Shown piece by piece: positions 29,929-44,950 of a stretch of 64,000 nucleotides of DNA. The stretch is from the NCBI GenBank assembly GCA_949358305.1, contig OX442314.1, forward strand, positions 17,794,001 through 17,858,000, written 5' to 3'. Both the position numbers and the translations under genes were made by a program. Every line of letters starts with the position of its first letter. The stretch's first letter is position 1. Source of the stretch: Strigamia acuminata. Taxonomy: Eukaryota. The notes under the pieces are model-generated. The model made no database searches, was not told where the DNA came from, and was given only the letters and a program-made list of their open reading frames with translations.

Positions 29929-32900
29929 CAGATTTTTTTGAACGTGCAATGGCGTGCTTGGATGATTCAATTGTGGAAAAAGATATTGAGTTGATTTGTT
30001 TTTTAAATGACGTATACTTTGCTCGTTTTAGCACTGCGAGCGTTGTAAAGGGGATGTAGTTTGATTAAATATCTGGAGGGGAGTATGTTTAGTTTGGTTT
30101 TGATTAACAAATTAAATTGGCTTGGAAAGCATAAAAATTACATTTGGAAATCGTCAATATTTTGTGAGTAAGTTTTAGAAGATAGGTGTAATGGAAGTAT
30201 AAAAATTTCAAATGTCTGCAAATAACCATTAACTGTCTATTCCAACCTTGATTTATGATACAACTTTAACAGGGCACCCATATGTTGATACCCACTCTTA
30301 TTTCTCACTTCTCACACATGTACAACCAACTTGTATAGTTTACTTGTTGAAAGAACATTACAGAAAATAACATTTGGCAATTCTTTATTGGTGTTTTAAA
30401 GTTCACACAAAATTTGATTTAGTGGACATTTTTATACGATGTTGAGTATGAAATAGAGTGGAGGCTCGGGTTGTACAGAATATTAAAATGGAAATTCAAA
30501 TTTTTGGTTTTCTGATAAAATATAAATATAGTAAATTTGAAATTATAAATAAGTTTACTTTCCTTTCTTCTATTTATCATATATGTATTTTAATTAATTA
30601 TATTCGATAAAAGTTAGCTTGAAGGATTTAAAATATTGGCTGATATATAAATCTTCAAGCTAACGTTTATCGGATTTAATTAATTTATATATACGATTTG
30701 ATATGGAGATCTTTAATTCCCTCCGGTGTTTGTAAATATTCATTTTGAATGAAATATTTTTTATTTCCAAAAAAGAAACTTTTTTGCTGAAATAGCATCG
30801 CCCGACAAGCTGTGGTTGGTCTGCCCTATGAAGCATCTCTTGCCAATAATCAATTGAGCCAAGTCCTATTCTTTTGCTTACATTGCGGGGGTAGAAAGAA
30901 GCACGTGTGTTCTTATGGTTTTTAATCATCTGTGAGGAAGAAATGCATTATTAAAAAATATTCTAAGCTTCTGTTTGCAATTTTGCATGCACCAATATTG
31001 TGCAATGCAATTTTCTTTTCTTTTTTATTAGTTTAGTTTTTTATTTATTTTTTTTTTTTTAAAAAAAACTTTTTAATTATCTGGAGGATAAAAGAAAATT
31101 TTAATGAAGCTAAGTTATTGTTGGTTTATGACAGTTTAGGCGCTACTTGCACTTGGACATTCCTGAAGTGACTTATACTGGCCACTTCCTGTTTGTATTA
31201 TGTTGACCTTTAACCTTTAAATAAAGTTAGTTAGTTGTAACCAATTAACACTTGTGCATTCTAGTCCCATCTCTAAAATACCATAACCACCAAATAGCAA
31301 GTTAGTTTTTAATTAAGCGTAGCATAAAAGAACGATTTTAGGTTATTGTGATAGGATGAAAAATTTTGATTTGGGTAAACAGAGGCAATTTTTTTGTTTG
31401 TTAATTTTTTTAAAGTTTTTTATTTTTTTGGTTTCTATGGAGATACTGTACATATTGGTAATTGGAAATGTCGTTTATCTATAGACTACGTGGAAAATCA
31501 ATAGAAATTTCTTATGAAGTTTTCATCATTTTTATCTGCCTTAATTGGAGTGTTTTCTGTACTTGAAAAAGATTATCTCTTTTGACAGCCAAAGTTTTGC
31601 AGTAGAAATTTTTGTCAATACATAAAGGAAATTCATTATTGCATTTTTATTTTAAAGAAAGAGAGAGAGAAAGAAAAAAAAAGTCATTAAAAAAAGTTTT
31701 GTTACGTTGTTTTGCTATTAAACTCGAAAAGGGAGGCGATGCGATGCCGTTAGAAGAATAAATTACCTGTCAATGCTTGAAATTAGGGTTGCATGCAGTA
31801 AAGGATTAAAAACGGCTTAGCACTTGTTGTCTTGCATTTGTAATCATCAATTATTTGTTGATGATGTTTTCCTGGAAAATGGCTCATTTAAATTTCGCTT
31901 TGATGTTCCACTGGTTACGACATTTTGTCGAGGAATTTGAAGCATTTTTAAAGCTGGGCCATTTGACTTTTTAAGCGACTCATAGTGAATGTCTGGGATT
32001 GATTTAGTATCGGATGAGGTTGAAAATGCTTAGTTTAGCTTTATGCTTTAGCTCATCTGTGTTAAAACAGTTATTAAAGGTCAAGTTTTAGTTGGATTAA
32101 AATTATTAACCTCTAATCTTAAGTAGTAACTTAATTATGCTTTAGTAGAGTTAATATAGGAAAATTGTCGTGTTTTATTGGCGAGTGTCGTTAAGTTGTA
32201 TCTGATGTTGTGTTTAGCAATAACCGCCGCTTGAAATTTTAATTAAACATTAGAAAAACTAAATGAACTTTGGAATATTTTTACATGAATGTTTACAGGA
32301 GTTGCAAAGAAAGCGGTTTAATGTGATTATATTTTAATTGGTTTTTAATTATGTATAAAATATTGCTGTTTTGTTTCTGTTGAAGATATAGTTTATTTGT
32401 ATGCGAAAAATCACGGTGTTGTAAAATCTTCTCGACTAATTATTTGCTTAAGGAGATCTAGGAAATGTGATTTAAGTAAGTGCTTGAAGAACCATTAAAA
32501 AATTGAAGCCATGTGTGTTTTTTTCCTACTTGATGGGCTTAATGGAAAAACAATTGAATTTGGTGCTCGCGAAGGTGAAGAGTGGTTGATTAAAGTTTTA
32601 GTAAACAAGACAGGAAAGTAAAGAATTTCTTTTGTCATTTGAAATTTTCAAACTCGATTAATTTCATGCAAAGATAATTTGTTTGTTTTTTTTAAAAAAA
32701 AAAAATCTCAAAATTCTTATTAATTTGTTCTACTGTCGAGTTGAATTTCTTAAATAATTATTTTTTGTAAAAATATATATTTCATTTTTCGTAATATGAC
32801 ATTAAAAAAAATAAAAATAACTTTTTTTAAGCTTATTATGTAAATTCAGGATTTGGAAACAACAGGAGCTCAGTTTGATGAACTGAAATTTGTCATTAAA

Positions 32901-35900
32901 CATAGCATCCTTTTAATTAGAAAGACAAGTTGTTAGTCCCACTCTTTATAGAAATTTTTATAACTAGTCGAAAGACATGTCATAGGCTCTCGAAGACGCA
33001 TGCGCGTTTACAAGTGCAGTAAAGGATGCGCGCATAAGCGTCCTAAAACACACTTGAGACCTTAATGACTTTAATTAGGAAAAGAGTCATTTGAAAGCTC
33101 AAAATACTTAGACACAGCAGCGAACACATGAATGTGATACATTTTTTAAATGTTTTATGATTCTCATTTTTAATTATTGTTTTTTACATTAGAGTAATAA
33201 AAATAAAGACGATTTTAAGAAAACGTGCTTTGAATAATGCGGCAAAATAGATGAATTTAAGGAAAAAGGAAAGCGAAATTGTAGGTTTGAAATTAGCTGG
33301 CATTTCCTCTTACAGTGGTAGTGAGCAATCAAGATTTCACTTACTAAATTGAAAACGAGCCTGTTTGGAAATCGGAGAATAAACCTTTGAGTTATTACGG
33401 TTCAATCAGTTGACTTTAATCACTCAGCAGTAACCAACAGACGATAAGGATGCAATCTTGAGATCTAATTGAGAAAAATTTCTGTGTCTATGGTCTATAA
33501 ATGAAATTCTGCGAAATTAAGCCAACATTTTTAGCTTGCGATTAGATTTGGGAATTGAGGAAAAGTGGAAGTAAAGAGAAATGTCATTATTGTTAAATTT
33601 TTATTTTGTGCAGTTTTTGATTCGATTGGTTTGATGGAGCTAAAGAATTGTCCAACTGGGGGGCACATACAGCAGAAATAAAGAAGTATGGTAGCCGGTG
33701 ACGTTGTGTGCTAACATCAGCGCAGTTTCCAACTGATGTGGCACAGAAGTTGATTGGAAAGATTTGGATGTGTGCTCAATGTCCAAGAAAAAAAAACTGA
33801 CTTTGTCCATGGCTCCCCTGAGTTTGTTAAGAGTAATGACCTCAGTTTAGACAGTTGTGCGGAACGACATATTTATGTTTATTAAAATTTTATATTGAAT
33901 CAAGAAGTTTGATTTACTTAGTGAAGCTTTAAACGATACACAATAAAATAAAAGAAAAACTTATGTTGACTTTTCTAAGTTTAAATATAAATATTGATAG
34001 TAACGATATAATGAACTTTTTTTCACGCCATCGTAGCGGAAAGGTTTTTTTTTTGTTTTTTTTTTGTTTTTTTTTCTTTCTTTCTCTCGTTTGTTGTAAT
34101 TTCTTACATTTTTTTAAGCTAGTTTCATTGGATGCACCGAGAGAGAGAATTCATTTGGAGAAGAAATTAAGGAAGGTTGTTGCGGCATTTATCACTTAAC
34201 TTGAGGCAGGAAAAAACGCGAGCTATTTGTTAATCTGATAGCTCACATTAGTGGAAGACGACGTAGTTTAATTGGCAAAGGGAATATAAGATGTCTTAAG
34301 AGAGAGAAAAACAATTTTTTTCATTTGTGTATTCAGGTGTAGAAAAAGAGGTTGGGAAACTTGTGTTTAGCTGCTATTTTATCTTGCGAGATTAATTCTT
34401 TAGGTGAAGCCATCAATCTTTTAAAATACTCGGCTTAGATTTAAGATATAAGAAAAATTCCCTGCGGTGAGCTGTGGGGTAATAATACAAATATTTCTTA
34501 ACAAAGAGTATACCATGTTGTGTACAATACAAGAAAGGCAATGAAAGTTAGTGCGGTTTTTGTGCAGGAATGTGTGTAAGGAAAATAAAAATGATGTACT
34601 CTCGTAAATAAACTTTTAGATTTTTATTTTCTTTTAAAAAGCTCAAATAACACTGCTCTTAAAAGATATTTGAAGCTTTGTAATATTTTTATATTTGTTT
34701 TCTACCCACTGGCAATCCGATATGACGTCAGATTTATGTTTTATGAATCAGATTGGTATGGGATTTTTTTTTTAAAACTAAAAATAGTTGCCACGTTTAA
34801 TCATTCACAAGCAATATCTTCCTTTCTCAAAAGCGTTATCCAAGTGGAAATGAGAAATGTTAGCATTGGTTTGAATTTATTTCAAAGTTTGTTCAGAAAA
34901 ATGGTAGACGAAATGATAAGGAACTGACGTGATACATGGCGGAAATTGTGAGTATATAAGAAGAGAAATTGCCTCGTCTTGGAGTTTCACTTGACCTCAG
35001 CTACCCTCATGTGCTGTGTACTCTCTTAGCTGTATTTATGACTTCATTTTTGCAACACCACCTACTTCTAGTCGGGTAGTCTGGGATTAAACCGAGGGCT
35101 CCCCATCCCGAGAGAAAAGATCTCTTCTCCCTGCACTAGATAAATACTTGGGCAATGGTGGTCTTGCGGAAAGTGGTCAGTTCGGCTTCACTGCTCAACC
35201 GATGTCTGCACATTTTGGATTACTAGATGATTTTTATACTCAATAGACTACTTTTTACAAAACTTTTGAAAAAGAATACTGAGAATAAATATATTATTTA
35301 GTTATTTAGTTATTTTTTTTATTTATTTAAAAAATAATAATAACAATTTTTAACTTGTCAGGTTAGAAGGGAAAAGAGGAAATTGCGTTATTATCCGTGA
35401 TGAATTTCTTGGTGTTATCCTCGAATGCGTTTTGATAAGGTTTCTGTGCCGTCGAAAGGGTCATCTTAAAATTGTCTCACCTTTGCAATAGATACGGGGG
35501 ATTTACACAGCGTCTTAGAGGTTGACCTTCTGTAGGGAGTGTTGGGAATGGTACTTGGGGGTCGTGAGGGATGACAGGTGTTCAGCGTTCCCTCGTGTCA
35601 ACTTGTGATGGGATCATTAGAGCGAAGTGGTTGCCGCGCTAAACTCACTGCGTCAGCACTAGTTGCAATTTCCCAAAGTAAGCTTCAATCCTTGCGGCGC
35701 TATGCGTCTCCTATTATGTTTAGTTTAGCGCACCTGATGTTGTGCTAGGTATTATAATATGTGCGACCATTAGCTATTTTTTTAAAGAGTGCAAAGGGTT
35801 AATTATAATAATTGGTTGAAATTCAGTTGAGGCAATATTCATTAAGTAGATGAGATTAAATTTGAGGCTTGACTGAATTAGATTGCAAGTTATGAGCCGC

Positions 35901-38900
35901 TTGTGAACTGAAGTCCAAGCGTAGGATAATTAGCACCATGTTTTTGCTCCAATTAATTTTAACACGAAGATGTTTTTTAATTTCAAAAAAATTAAATTGG
36001 TTTGGTCGTGTGTAGGTCTATACCTCGCAACTGTCAAGTTAATTTTTACAAATATATCTTGATTCTTGGTTTTTCGATTTCATTTTTGATAATTGTAAAA
36101 GCTTTAACATGTTATTTGTGGCGTCAATAAGTGAAGGAAGACGATAATAAAAACGTTTATTCTTTTCTTTGAATGTTTCTATTCCAATTTAAGCAGAATG
36201 TACAAAAAGTTCTTCGATTTGAATCGTCGCACTAATCACATTTCCTACTTTTGTGGTTAGGAATTAAATTGCCGGTCGACACTACATTCAAGGTTTGAGA
36301 TGTGGTAAATTTTACATACTACAGAATCATTGATTTGCTTAAGTTTTTTATAATTAGAGGAAATATTAGTTCGATGCTCGGTTAGCATTAACAATTACCA
36401 GCCAATTAACTATTTTTATTCACTTTTTTTAAAATCCAACTTTAATTGATTCACATTTAAAGGCAAATAACGTGAGTGTTGCAAATTAAGATTTCAAAAT
36501 GTATATGGACTGGGATGTAAAACTGTAAGCTGAATTGGTAATTCTCTAATTTGTGAGGTAAAATTAAAGTAAAAATAAAATTATTCTAAAGAAGTAAAAT
36601 ATCAATTGTTCTCATCTCATCCTGTAACTTTAGAAATTATAATACTGCAGTTGAAATTCGAAACACAAATGCATCCACATTTGTTTTCTAATTTCTTTCA
36701 AGATGCTTGTCTTATCTAATGTCTTGGTCCGAATATACGTTCCACTTTGAATGAGATAGGCTTGTTTGATAGCGCCCTTAACTTAATCCAATAACTTTAG
36801 TTCGAAGCATTAATAATGCGATAAAATATGCTCATGTAACGCAGTAACGGCATTAAAGACACATCTCTGCATCGATAAACTTTAATTTTGTTTGGAAATC
36901 AGTTTTGAGATCAAATTAACACTGCAGATTAAGTTGTTGTCTGCCATTGTATTATTCACTATTGAGCGCAATCGCGTGTAAAAGGGGAATATCGAGCTGA
37001 GCACAAGGTGTTAATATATGTGCTTTATAACATAATGCATTGTAAATGTCCCCTTGTGCGCATGCTTAATTTGCATGCGTGCATTATTTTTGAAATACGA
37101 CGCTCTTTGGACTATTGAAATGTATAAATTAATTCCACATTTGTTCTGCATCTACAAGCCCAAACAAGCGTGTCGTATTGGCTGTTGGAGAAATTGGAAC
37201 TCCATACACGCTCTTCAAAAACCTTAAACTCTATATTTGATTGTTTTTCCCTTCAGAAATAGCAAAGGAGGTCTGTTGTTGTGCAATATGCCTTCCCTTT
37301 TTTTCCTTTTACCAGTGCTTGTCTTCATTTCTTTTTATTATTCTCTGATGAACTGTTTTTATACGCGTGCTCACACGAATGAGAAGTCGACAGTGAATAT
37401 AGTGCTATCATCTTGAATGCATTTACATTCCCGTAGGAGCTCATGAAAGATTCTTGATGTTACCTGGATGGGGATGCGGAAGAAGAAAAGACTCCCTCAA
37501 GAGTATCCCCTCCATCTTCAATTTTTTGTTTTGTTTTTGTAATTTTTTCTTCCGTTCTACTCTTTATCCATTTTTCTCTTATATGACTGCGGAAGATGTT
37601 TCATTCGTGCCTTTCGAAGAGACTTTTCTCTTCTTTTTTTTCTTTCTTTCTGTTTGAAATGGAAGCGAGGCCGAAAAAATGTTTCAGAGCACTTACAGCA
37701 CAATTGTAATTTGAGTTGTTTTCGCAGAATCTCTTCAGGTGTAAATCCCTCGTGCCTTTGCAGCGTTTGCCCGAATTTTCTCATCGGGATTACTTGGTAT
37801 TGTCTGCAGCCAATTAGTCGTATGACCCGTCTAAATGTTCCCAGTAGAGTTTTGTCGTTTTCGATTAATTCGGAGTTCGTCTATCGTAGCAACCAGTTAT
37901 ATCTTCATACTGGCTCTAATAAAATAATTTCTTCTCGCTGCTTTAAGATGTTGGAGATAATTTTCGGCGGTTTATTTTCGTTAATAATTAATCATTCTGG
38001 ATATACGGTGTAAGGAAATTAAAATTGTTTGAGATGTCTTCGAGGTTTTTCTATGCAATAAGTAATGCTACCACAGAAAATTATGCATTAATTATTAAAA
38101 TTCAGATTTTTATTTAAAAAATTAGGAAGAACTAGTATAGTGTATTGGGAAAGAAATTGACTTCTTTATAAACACCACCGTTTCAAAAGACAAAGCCGTA
38201 GGAAAGTTTTAAGACTATTCTCTGTGGAATCAACACGAAAAAATAGTTAATTAATTGATTAATTAATTAATTTAAATTTTTATGCAGATTCATGTAAATT
38301 CCACAACATGTAAGGCCCACCACACTAAGGGATCGCATAACAACTTCTGTTGTGAATAAATTCAGGGAATACATTTTTTCGGATAAATAAAGGGAGGCTG
38401 CCATCTTGGAACTAAATGTGCTACTAAACAATAAACGACTAAACAATAAACATCATATTTAGGGCAAATGGCCGCCATTACTACTTCCATTGCCACTGCT
38501 ACTTCCGAGTTGATTAACAATCACACAGCATGCTGCACCAAAGAAAGTAAACAAAATACAAAGATAAAATACAATATTTTTTATTGAAAAACCTCATTGG
38601 GCATAACATAAATAAATCACATGTAATTTATAAGGTAATGTTCAGTCGGTTCGAGACAGCCGATTAGCTGTTTCGGCGCTCGCAATTGGTTTACAACCAA
38701 CGAGTGATATTATATTATACCAATGGTTTTTATTGTATTTACGTTTATCTAGTTATTCTAGTAGTTTAGCGAGTAATGGCGTCTAGTAAAATAATGCAAC
38801 ATTTTTTCGCCATCTATTGACAAGATATAAAGTTACAGCTTGTATTTATTTGTAGATTAGTATTCGGGTGGTTTCTATGAATGTGTGAAGATAAGAAAAG

Positions 38901-39231
38901 TTACTGTGTATTTACCTAACTTGAATGACGTAAGTTCTTTTTCAACTAACCACTAATGTTTCTTTTTTATTTTCAATGTGATCACGAATACAATAGAGAG
39001 AAGGCCAAGCTACTGATTCTGTTTAACCTTTTCTGTAGCCTTGCAATTGTATTATTCAGTAACAAATGACTTGATTTGTTTTATTTTTTTTTCAAATTAG
39101 GAAACCGAGTAGTTTATCGTGACAGAATGGGCTACTTTATATGCACCACCGTTTCAAAAGATAAAACCGAATGAAAGCTTAGAATAGAAATAGCTGTTAC
39201 CTATGGAAACTCAAAGAAATAATATAATTAA

Positions 39232-39300
39232 AGAAATCTAAGAATAAATATTTCTAGAAATCTAAGAATAAATATTTCTAGAAATCTAAGAATAGATATT
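39232..39300. repeat. 24-bp tandem repeat, ~2.9 copies
   Basis: Unit agaaatctaagaataaatatttct. Confidence 0.85.
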
Positions 39301-39618
39301 AAAAGATATCCAAAATAAATATACAGGAGAAGAATTAAAATTCAAAATATTTTTAAAAAAATGAATTATATACACCTTAAAACGAATGAACTCAAACAAA
39401 TTTTTCGTCATGAATTAAACAAATTTTCGAGGTTTTAGACGCACCTGTATCGAACGGCATCTGGTGGTGGTTTTCAGTAAGAAAATGATGAGTATTCCAG
39501 TTGGTCTGTCCTCTATTGTGTTTGTGGTCAGAGAAGAGATCTTGTGATCTGACTTTAATTTTCTCATAAAGATCATTTCGAATTGCGGGTTTGTTTAATC
39601 TAATACTACAAGTAGCAG

Positions 39619-39789
39619 TAGCTGCATTCAAAAAATATTTTTGTCTGGTTCATCTTCTTTAAGCCATTCTCAATTTATTTTGTGCATGTTCCCTGTTCTG
39701 TGATCTGCGTCACAACTCTCAACAGTTTTTGAAACTCACAATTTATTGAATTGAATCATCTGTATATTCTTTTGTTTGAAATGCAGCTT
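39619..39789. mobile_element. Second, more degenerate copy of the TAGCTGCATTCAAAAA MITE-like family
   Basis: Left end tagctgcattcaaaaa is identical to 9690; right end tttgaaatgcagct is degenerate. Confidence 0.45.
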
Positions 39790-42621
39790 ATAATAAAAGT
39801 AAAAGCTACATGGCTTCTTTTGAGTCAAGGCGCTTTAAGTTAATCATGTTTTAGTTAGTTTCCACGAAACTCAAAAGTCGTAAATAAAAGTGGTAGCAAA
39901 ATGTGCGCACTTTGATTCCAGACAGGTGTAATAGGGCGGAGGCAATATCGTATAGTTATTAAGATTCGCAAAATAAAGGAGCGCGCGGTGTGAAGTGCGA
40001 ATTCTATATCGTGAATCATTCGGCATTGCTGCTTGCTTATAACTACTTTAGTCTTCCCTTTTCATGTTTCCTGCTTTTTAATTACACTTATATCACCGTT
40101 TAATGTTATGAGACATAAATAAGCAACAAATTACCGTTCTGTAGGACTAGCAGCCGCACATTTTGGAGTGTTCAGACTCCATCTTGTTTTTATGATAATT
40201 CCTGACGCGCATGCATCTGCAGCGCCACCTCTAAAAATATGTTAATACAATCAATCATGCTAATTTTAACCTATTTGATGGCTGCCATTCTTTTCGATCC
40301 TGACTTGCATAAACTTTAATCATTTGCATCAAACAGTTATAGTTATTTTATAGAATTTATCCAAAAAAATGTTTTTATCGAAAAGGAAAATAAACAATCG
40401 TTTAAAAAAAAAAAAAAACTCAAAATAAGATTTTTTTTGTTTATTTATTTTGAAAGAAAAATTTATATCTTTCAAGATTAAACATTAATAATGAAAAAAA
40501 ACGATGATAAATCTACGTGCAGTCGAAAATTTTAATCTAAAAAGAAGAAAAGTTTTTGTATGTTTCTTGAATAAGATGTCGTTGGTTTATTTATAATGAA
40601 TGAATTCTGTGATGGATGCTTTTCATTACTGGGACGGGATTTTTCCATTTGCAGCTAAGGATTTTTCAACAGATGATCGTTTTTTATGGTAGTGATTGTC
40701 GGCTGATATAAACATGTCTTGCATTTTATGTGGGAATTGATTTCCAACTTGTTTTTACACTATCGTGTAAAATGAACTTTTTATCACGTGATTGAAGGAA
40801 CAGAGCATTGCATCATAGATATATGATAGCATTTTTGCCATATTCTCTTTCTTACTTTTATTTTATTCTATTTTTTTTTATGAAAAAAGGAAAAACTATA
40901 CTGCTGATATTTTGTTTCGTACAAATACACAAAATGTTTGAAAGTTTTAATATTGTAAAAGTTATTTCTAAATTGGCTGCGTTTCTGATGATCTAGCTGG
41001 TTACTATGGAAATTTGATCATGATCTTTTGCATACGGTGAACGATGACAAATGAAAGAAACAATGCAATTATTGGAATTCAATACAGAAAAGTTTCTAAC
41101 CGACAAATGTCAGGTGCGAATTAAGTCATTGTGTGATTGCAATTTTTTTTTGTGTAAACCAGCTGATTATATTTTTTATGGCCGTGGCATAAAGATAGAC
41201 TGAAGGGTATTGTGGTCTATATTCAATCTTAGGTAGCTCGGTTAATGATGAGCCTTGGATATCTGGGATGGGGACTGGGGAGGATCCTGATTTATTTCTT
41301 TTCACCTTCATTAGCTACGTTAATGGACTTTTATGCCGTGAAGCGCGTGCCCTGGTGGCAATTACGAAAATAAGGAAGATTATTAAGTGTAAGTTTTCTG
41401 CGTGATTTTAGTTTTGTGATGAGTTTGTAATGATATAGAATGGGATTGCAATTTAAATGAATTTTTAACATAAATTTGCTTACGGTTACTTTGCTGTAAA
41501 CCGTTGCGGTCATGGCGGCCATCTTGGGTAGTTGTTAAGCGAGCTGAGAAAATTGCACAAAATGGAAGGAATATCTGGAATAATTACTATTTTATTATGT
41601 CTAGAGGGAGTGATTACCTTCATAACTCGGTTCATCCTGCTCCCTATAGTCTGTCCATTGTAACTGCAAGTTTTCGCTTGGCACCACATTGAATGCCACA
41701 CGATTCTCTTGGTTAAATAGCACTTCTTCTGGGTTAATTATATCATCTAGTTGTTCGCAGTGCGCTATCCATGACGATTCGATGGGTATATCAATTCTTC
41801 AAGCCTCTCTTCATCGCAAAGTAAATAGCATGTTGCACAACCACCAAGTGACCAAGTGTTTCAACCGAATACCTCTTTTCCTTTCTGAATTCTGACACCC
41901 GCTCAGAGTCGACAAACTAATTTTAGAAGTTAAAAATTAAAGAAAAGAATTTATGGGAAAAGCGAGACATTAAATTTAAAATTAATAAGCCAAATGCAAT
42001 CAAAGCTGGTATTAAAATTTGTAGGTGTTGCTAATGATAGGAAACCACAAACTAAACTAAACTAAAATAAATCAAGTTAAATTAAATGTAATGTGGGCTT
42101 GGGGCTGCCATAAACTTATTATCTGCACTTTCAAATTCCTCCTGGTGTTCTGGTTTACCTCGATGACTCGATTCCTTTATATCCTGCTGTTGGTTTTCCG
42201 TGGTTTTCACTAATAGAAATAAGCAGGATATATTTGCAAAATAAAGGTTCTGAGATAGTGTAATTCGAGTTATCTTAGCATCCCGGAATCCTCGAAGCTA
42301 ACCGGAAGTAATTTGTTGTGTGACCGGTCAGCGTGTACTGATCTTCGTGCGCCCGGTTGTAGGAAGGTTACACATGATATTGATAACCCTATTTTGGAGT
42401 GTGCATGTATATATTCTTCTAAAACTTACTTTTTAGTTCGGATAGTTTAGCAGTTTTAATGGTGTAGTATTAAATTACCACGAGAATTCCAAGAAATAGT
42501 ATATCAAAATTTATTTTTTAATTTTCATATTTAAAAGTTTGATTTTGTGGCATAATTAGTGACGCAATTTAATATTTTTTTATAATATTAACTAAAATAA
42601 TTTTTTATTGTTTCTTTGCAG

Positions 42622-42834
42622 CTCCCTGTGAAAAATTGTTCTGTACCTTTGGCTCAATATGCGTGATAGACAAAATGACGAACGAGGCATATTGCAAATG
42701 CCAAGAAACGTGTTCAGCTGTTTTTGCACCAGTTTGCGGCAGCGATGATGTAACATATTCGAGTGAATGTCAATTGCGGATGGCAAGTTGTAACCAACAG
42801 AAAAGAATTCTGGTGAAATACAAAGGATCTTGTG
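42622..42834 (+). CDS. Agrn: Internal coding exon, follistatin-N + Kazal domain, agrin-like protein
   Basis: Acceptor tttctttgcag|ct (AG ends 42621) and donor TGT G|gtgagt (GT 42835); 213 nt, phase 1-1. Translates xPCEKLFCTFGSICVIDKMTNEAYCKCQETCSAVFAPVCGSDDVTYSSECQLRMASCNQQKRILVKYKGSC, with the 10-Cys follistatin pattern and Kazal motif PVCGSDxxTYxSEC. The agrin call rests on my recollection of the tandem FS modules of arthropod agrin. Confidence 0.88.
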
Positions 42835-44818
42835 GTGAGTTCTATTTCGATTACGTTTCTTTTATATATATTTTTTTCGCTGCGTGAGCAAAGACAGGTG
42901 ATTTGAAATAGCCAAAAAAAATAGAATTGCTGATATAGCGATGTCAACGTCAAATTATAAATTTGATTTCTGGTGGGGAATACGGCTTGACAGATGGTAT
43001 TACCCATTCTGAAAGGTGAAGCTTAAAAACGTCAAAATTGCTGGATGTAATCTTATCAGAAAGTCACTCGATATATTGTAAAATTATGGTATTACATAAT
43101 TTACTATTACTACTTTCCAAATTCGTATAACTTTAATAGGTTTGATGTTTAAATTTGATTTGGAAATGGAAAAATTGCAAATATTGACGGTCCGTCGATG
43201 AAATTCGCGCTGAAATTGCATTTATTTATTGAGAGAATTTCGAGTTTAGAACATTTGCACTTTTATTCCAGCAAAATCAATTTCTTTCGTATAAGAATTG
43301 CATTAGTAAAACAGTTTTATTTCAACACCTAGTTATACTATGCGTAAATAGACCCAAGGTACCCATCATCAAACTCGAACATCTTCAGCTATATACTTTT
43401 TTTCAGCTTCCAGGATGAGAACCGTTTGCATTTTGCCACCTTCATATATTTGGCTTTTTCTCTTCTTTTTGTGCTCTGATGCATCCGAGTACAGTTTCTT
43501 TTTTTTTTCTTCTTTCTCTCGCAACAATCTCCAACCACTTTCTCGAGAATTGAACTGGAAAATGGGCGCAATTTTTTTTTTCTATCTTTTTTTATCCTTT
43601 TTTTCGCTCTCTTTTTTTTCAAATATTGGTGAATGAAAGGAAGCGGATTTTTTTTTCTTCTGTTTGGTAATGATAGCGTATCAAAAATCTCGACGACGAA
43701 TCAAGTGAGTTGAAATGACTGCATTTTATTCGCGTCGTCCGTTTGCCGGCAGCGCTTTTCATTTACAAAGAATGTTGTTTTTCATTCAGATAAATTGGCT
43801 TCATTTTTTGGTTAAATGATTAATTAAAAATTAATGGGGCAAGCTGTTTATGGCTTTTTTAAAAGTGATATTCAAGAAGAGAAGGAAAACGATTATTTTT
43901 GAAGAATTTAATTTTTAAAGTGGGTTGGTCTGGATTAAAAGAACTCGCTGCGTGTTTCCCTTTAATATTAAGAAATGAGCTCGTGCCCTCAACGTTGTAA
44001 AGAACGTTCTGACGAAGACGGACGACTAAAGGTTGCCTGGCTGCGACTGATAGATTCAAAAATATCAAATCGTTAAGAATTTCCTACTTAGCATTTTATA
44101 TTTGTTATAAGTTATAATTTAAAATATATTTTTGTGCACAATTTTTGTACAAAATTTTGTTAAGGCGACTGGAAAGGGTTTGATATCATCAAATCATTTG
44201 ATCCAATTTAGTGAAAGTTTGATTTAAAAAAATGCGGCAACATGTCTACTAATAAAAGCTGCAGTAGTAGTCCTCTGTAAATCCCTCTTTGGGAATATAG
44301 GTTGAGTTTATTTCTCTTTGGGAAGTATTTTTTTTTTTTTTTTTTTTTTTTTGGAGATGTTGCAAAGGAGCAAAGAAAATTGAGGCGCTCTTTTTGGCCT
44401 TAGGGGTGATGGAATTGGGACGCTCGGGAATAGAAGCTCAAATCCAAGAAATCGACACGTAACTTCTCTGTCTTGTTTCCACCCGCGAGGATCAGCGACT
44501 CAAAGGTTTCAGTGGTCACTACGAGTGCATCTCACTAGGGGATAGATGTTTCATTCCAACGCGTAAATCAGAAGTGATATTCCACTTTACTTTTAGCAAG
44601 TGAATTAGTTTGTTCTGTCTATGAAGACGGCTTTGATCTTGAACGAAGGACTCTCGAGAAATATCTATATAGACAAAAAAATGTTTTAAAAACACCTGCA
44701 CTCCTTTAAATCTGCTTTTGCATTTTTTAGGGTTTGTTTGAGGCCGTTAAAGAGATTCTTGGAGGTTGAAAATAGTAAATTTTGCAAAGTAATGAAGCAA
44801 AATATTAATTGTATGAAT

Positions 44819-44950
44819 AACAAATAAATGATGTTACTTATGGCTTGTCCAATTTAATGTACCAAAATCAGTACTTTTAAAGAAAAAAACCGTCAGGTGG
44901 CGTGCCCGATAATAGGGCTACTGCCACTACTGACCACCAGTTCAATTTTT
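44819..44950. repeat. DIRS 3' ITR core, with a unique terminal extension at 44771-44818
   Basis: 132 bp reverse complement of 50088-50219; one mismatch seen (aattgAactg vs aattgGactg). Confidence 0.93.

Noticed and set aside
39232..39300. CRISPR-like array
   Set aside because: Head-to-tail tandem repeat without spacers, in eukaryotic DNA.
41600..41830. Acidic - strand reading frame (HCEQLDDIINPEEVLFNQENRVAF..)
   Set aside because: Interrupted by stops, no start and no recognisable homology; possibly a TE relic but unsupported.
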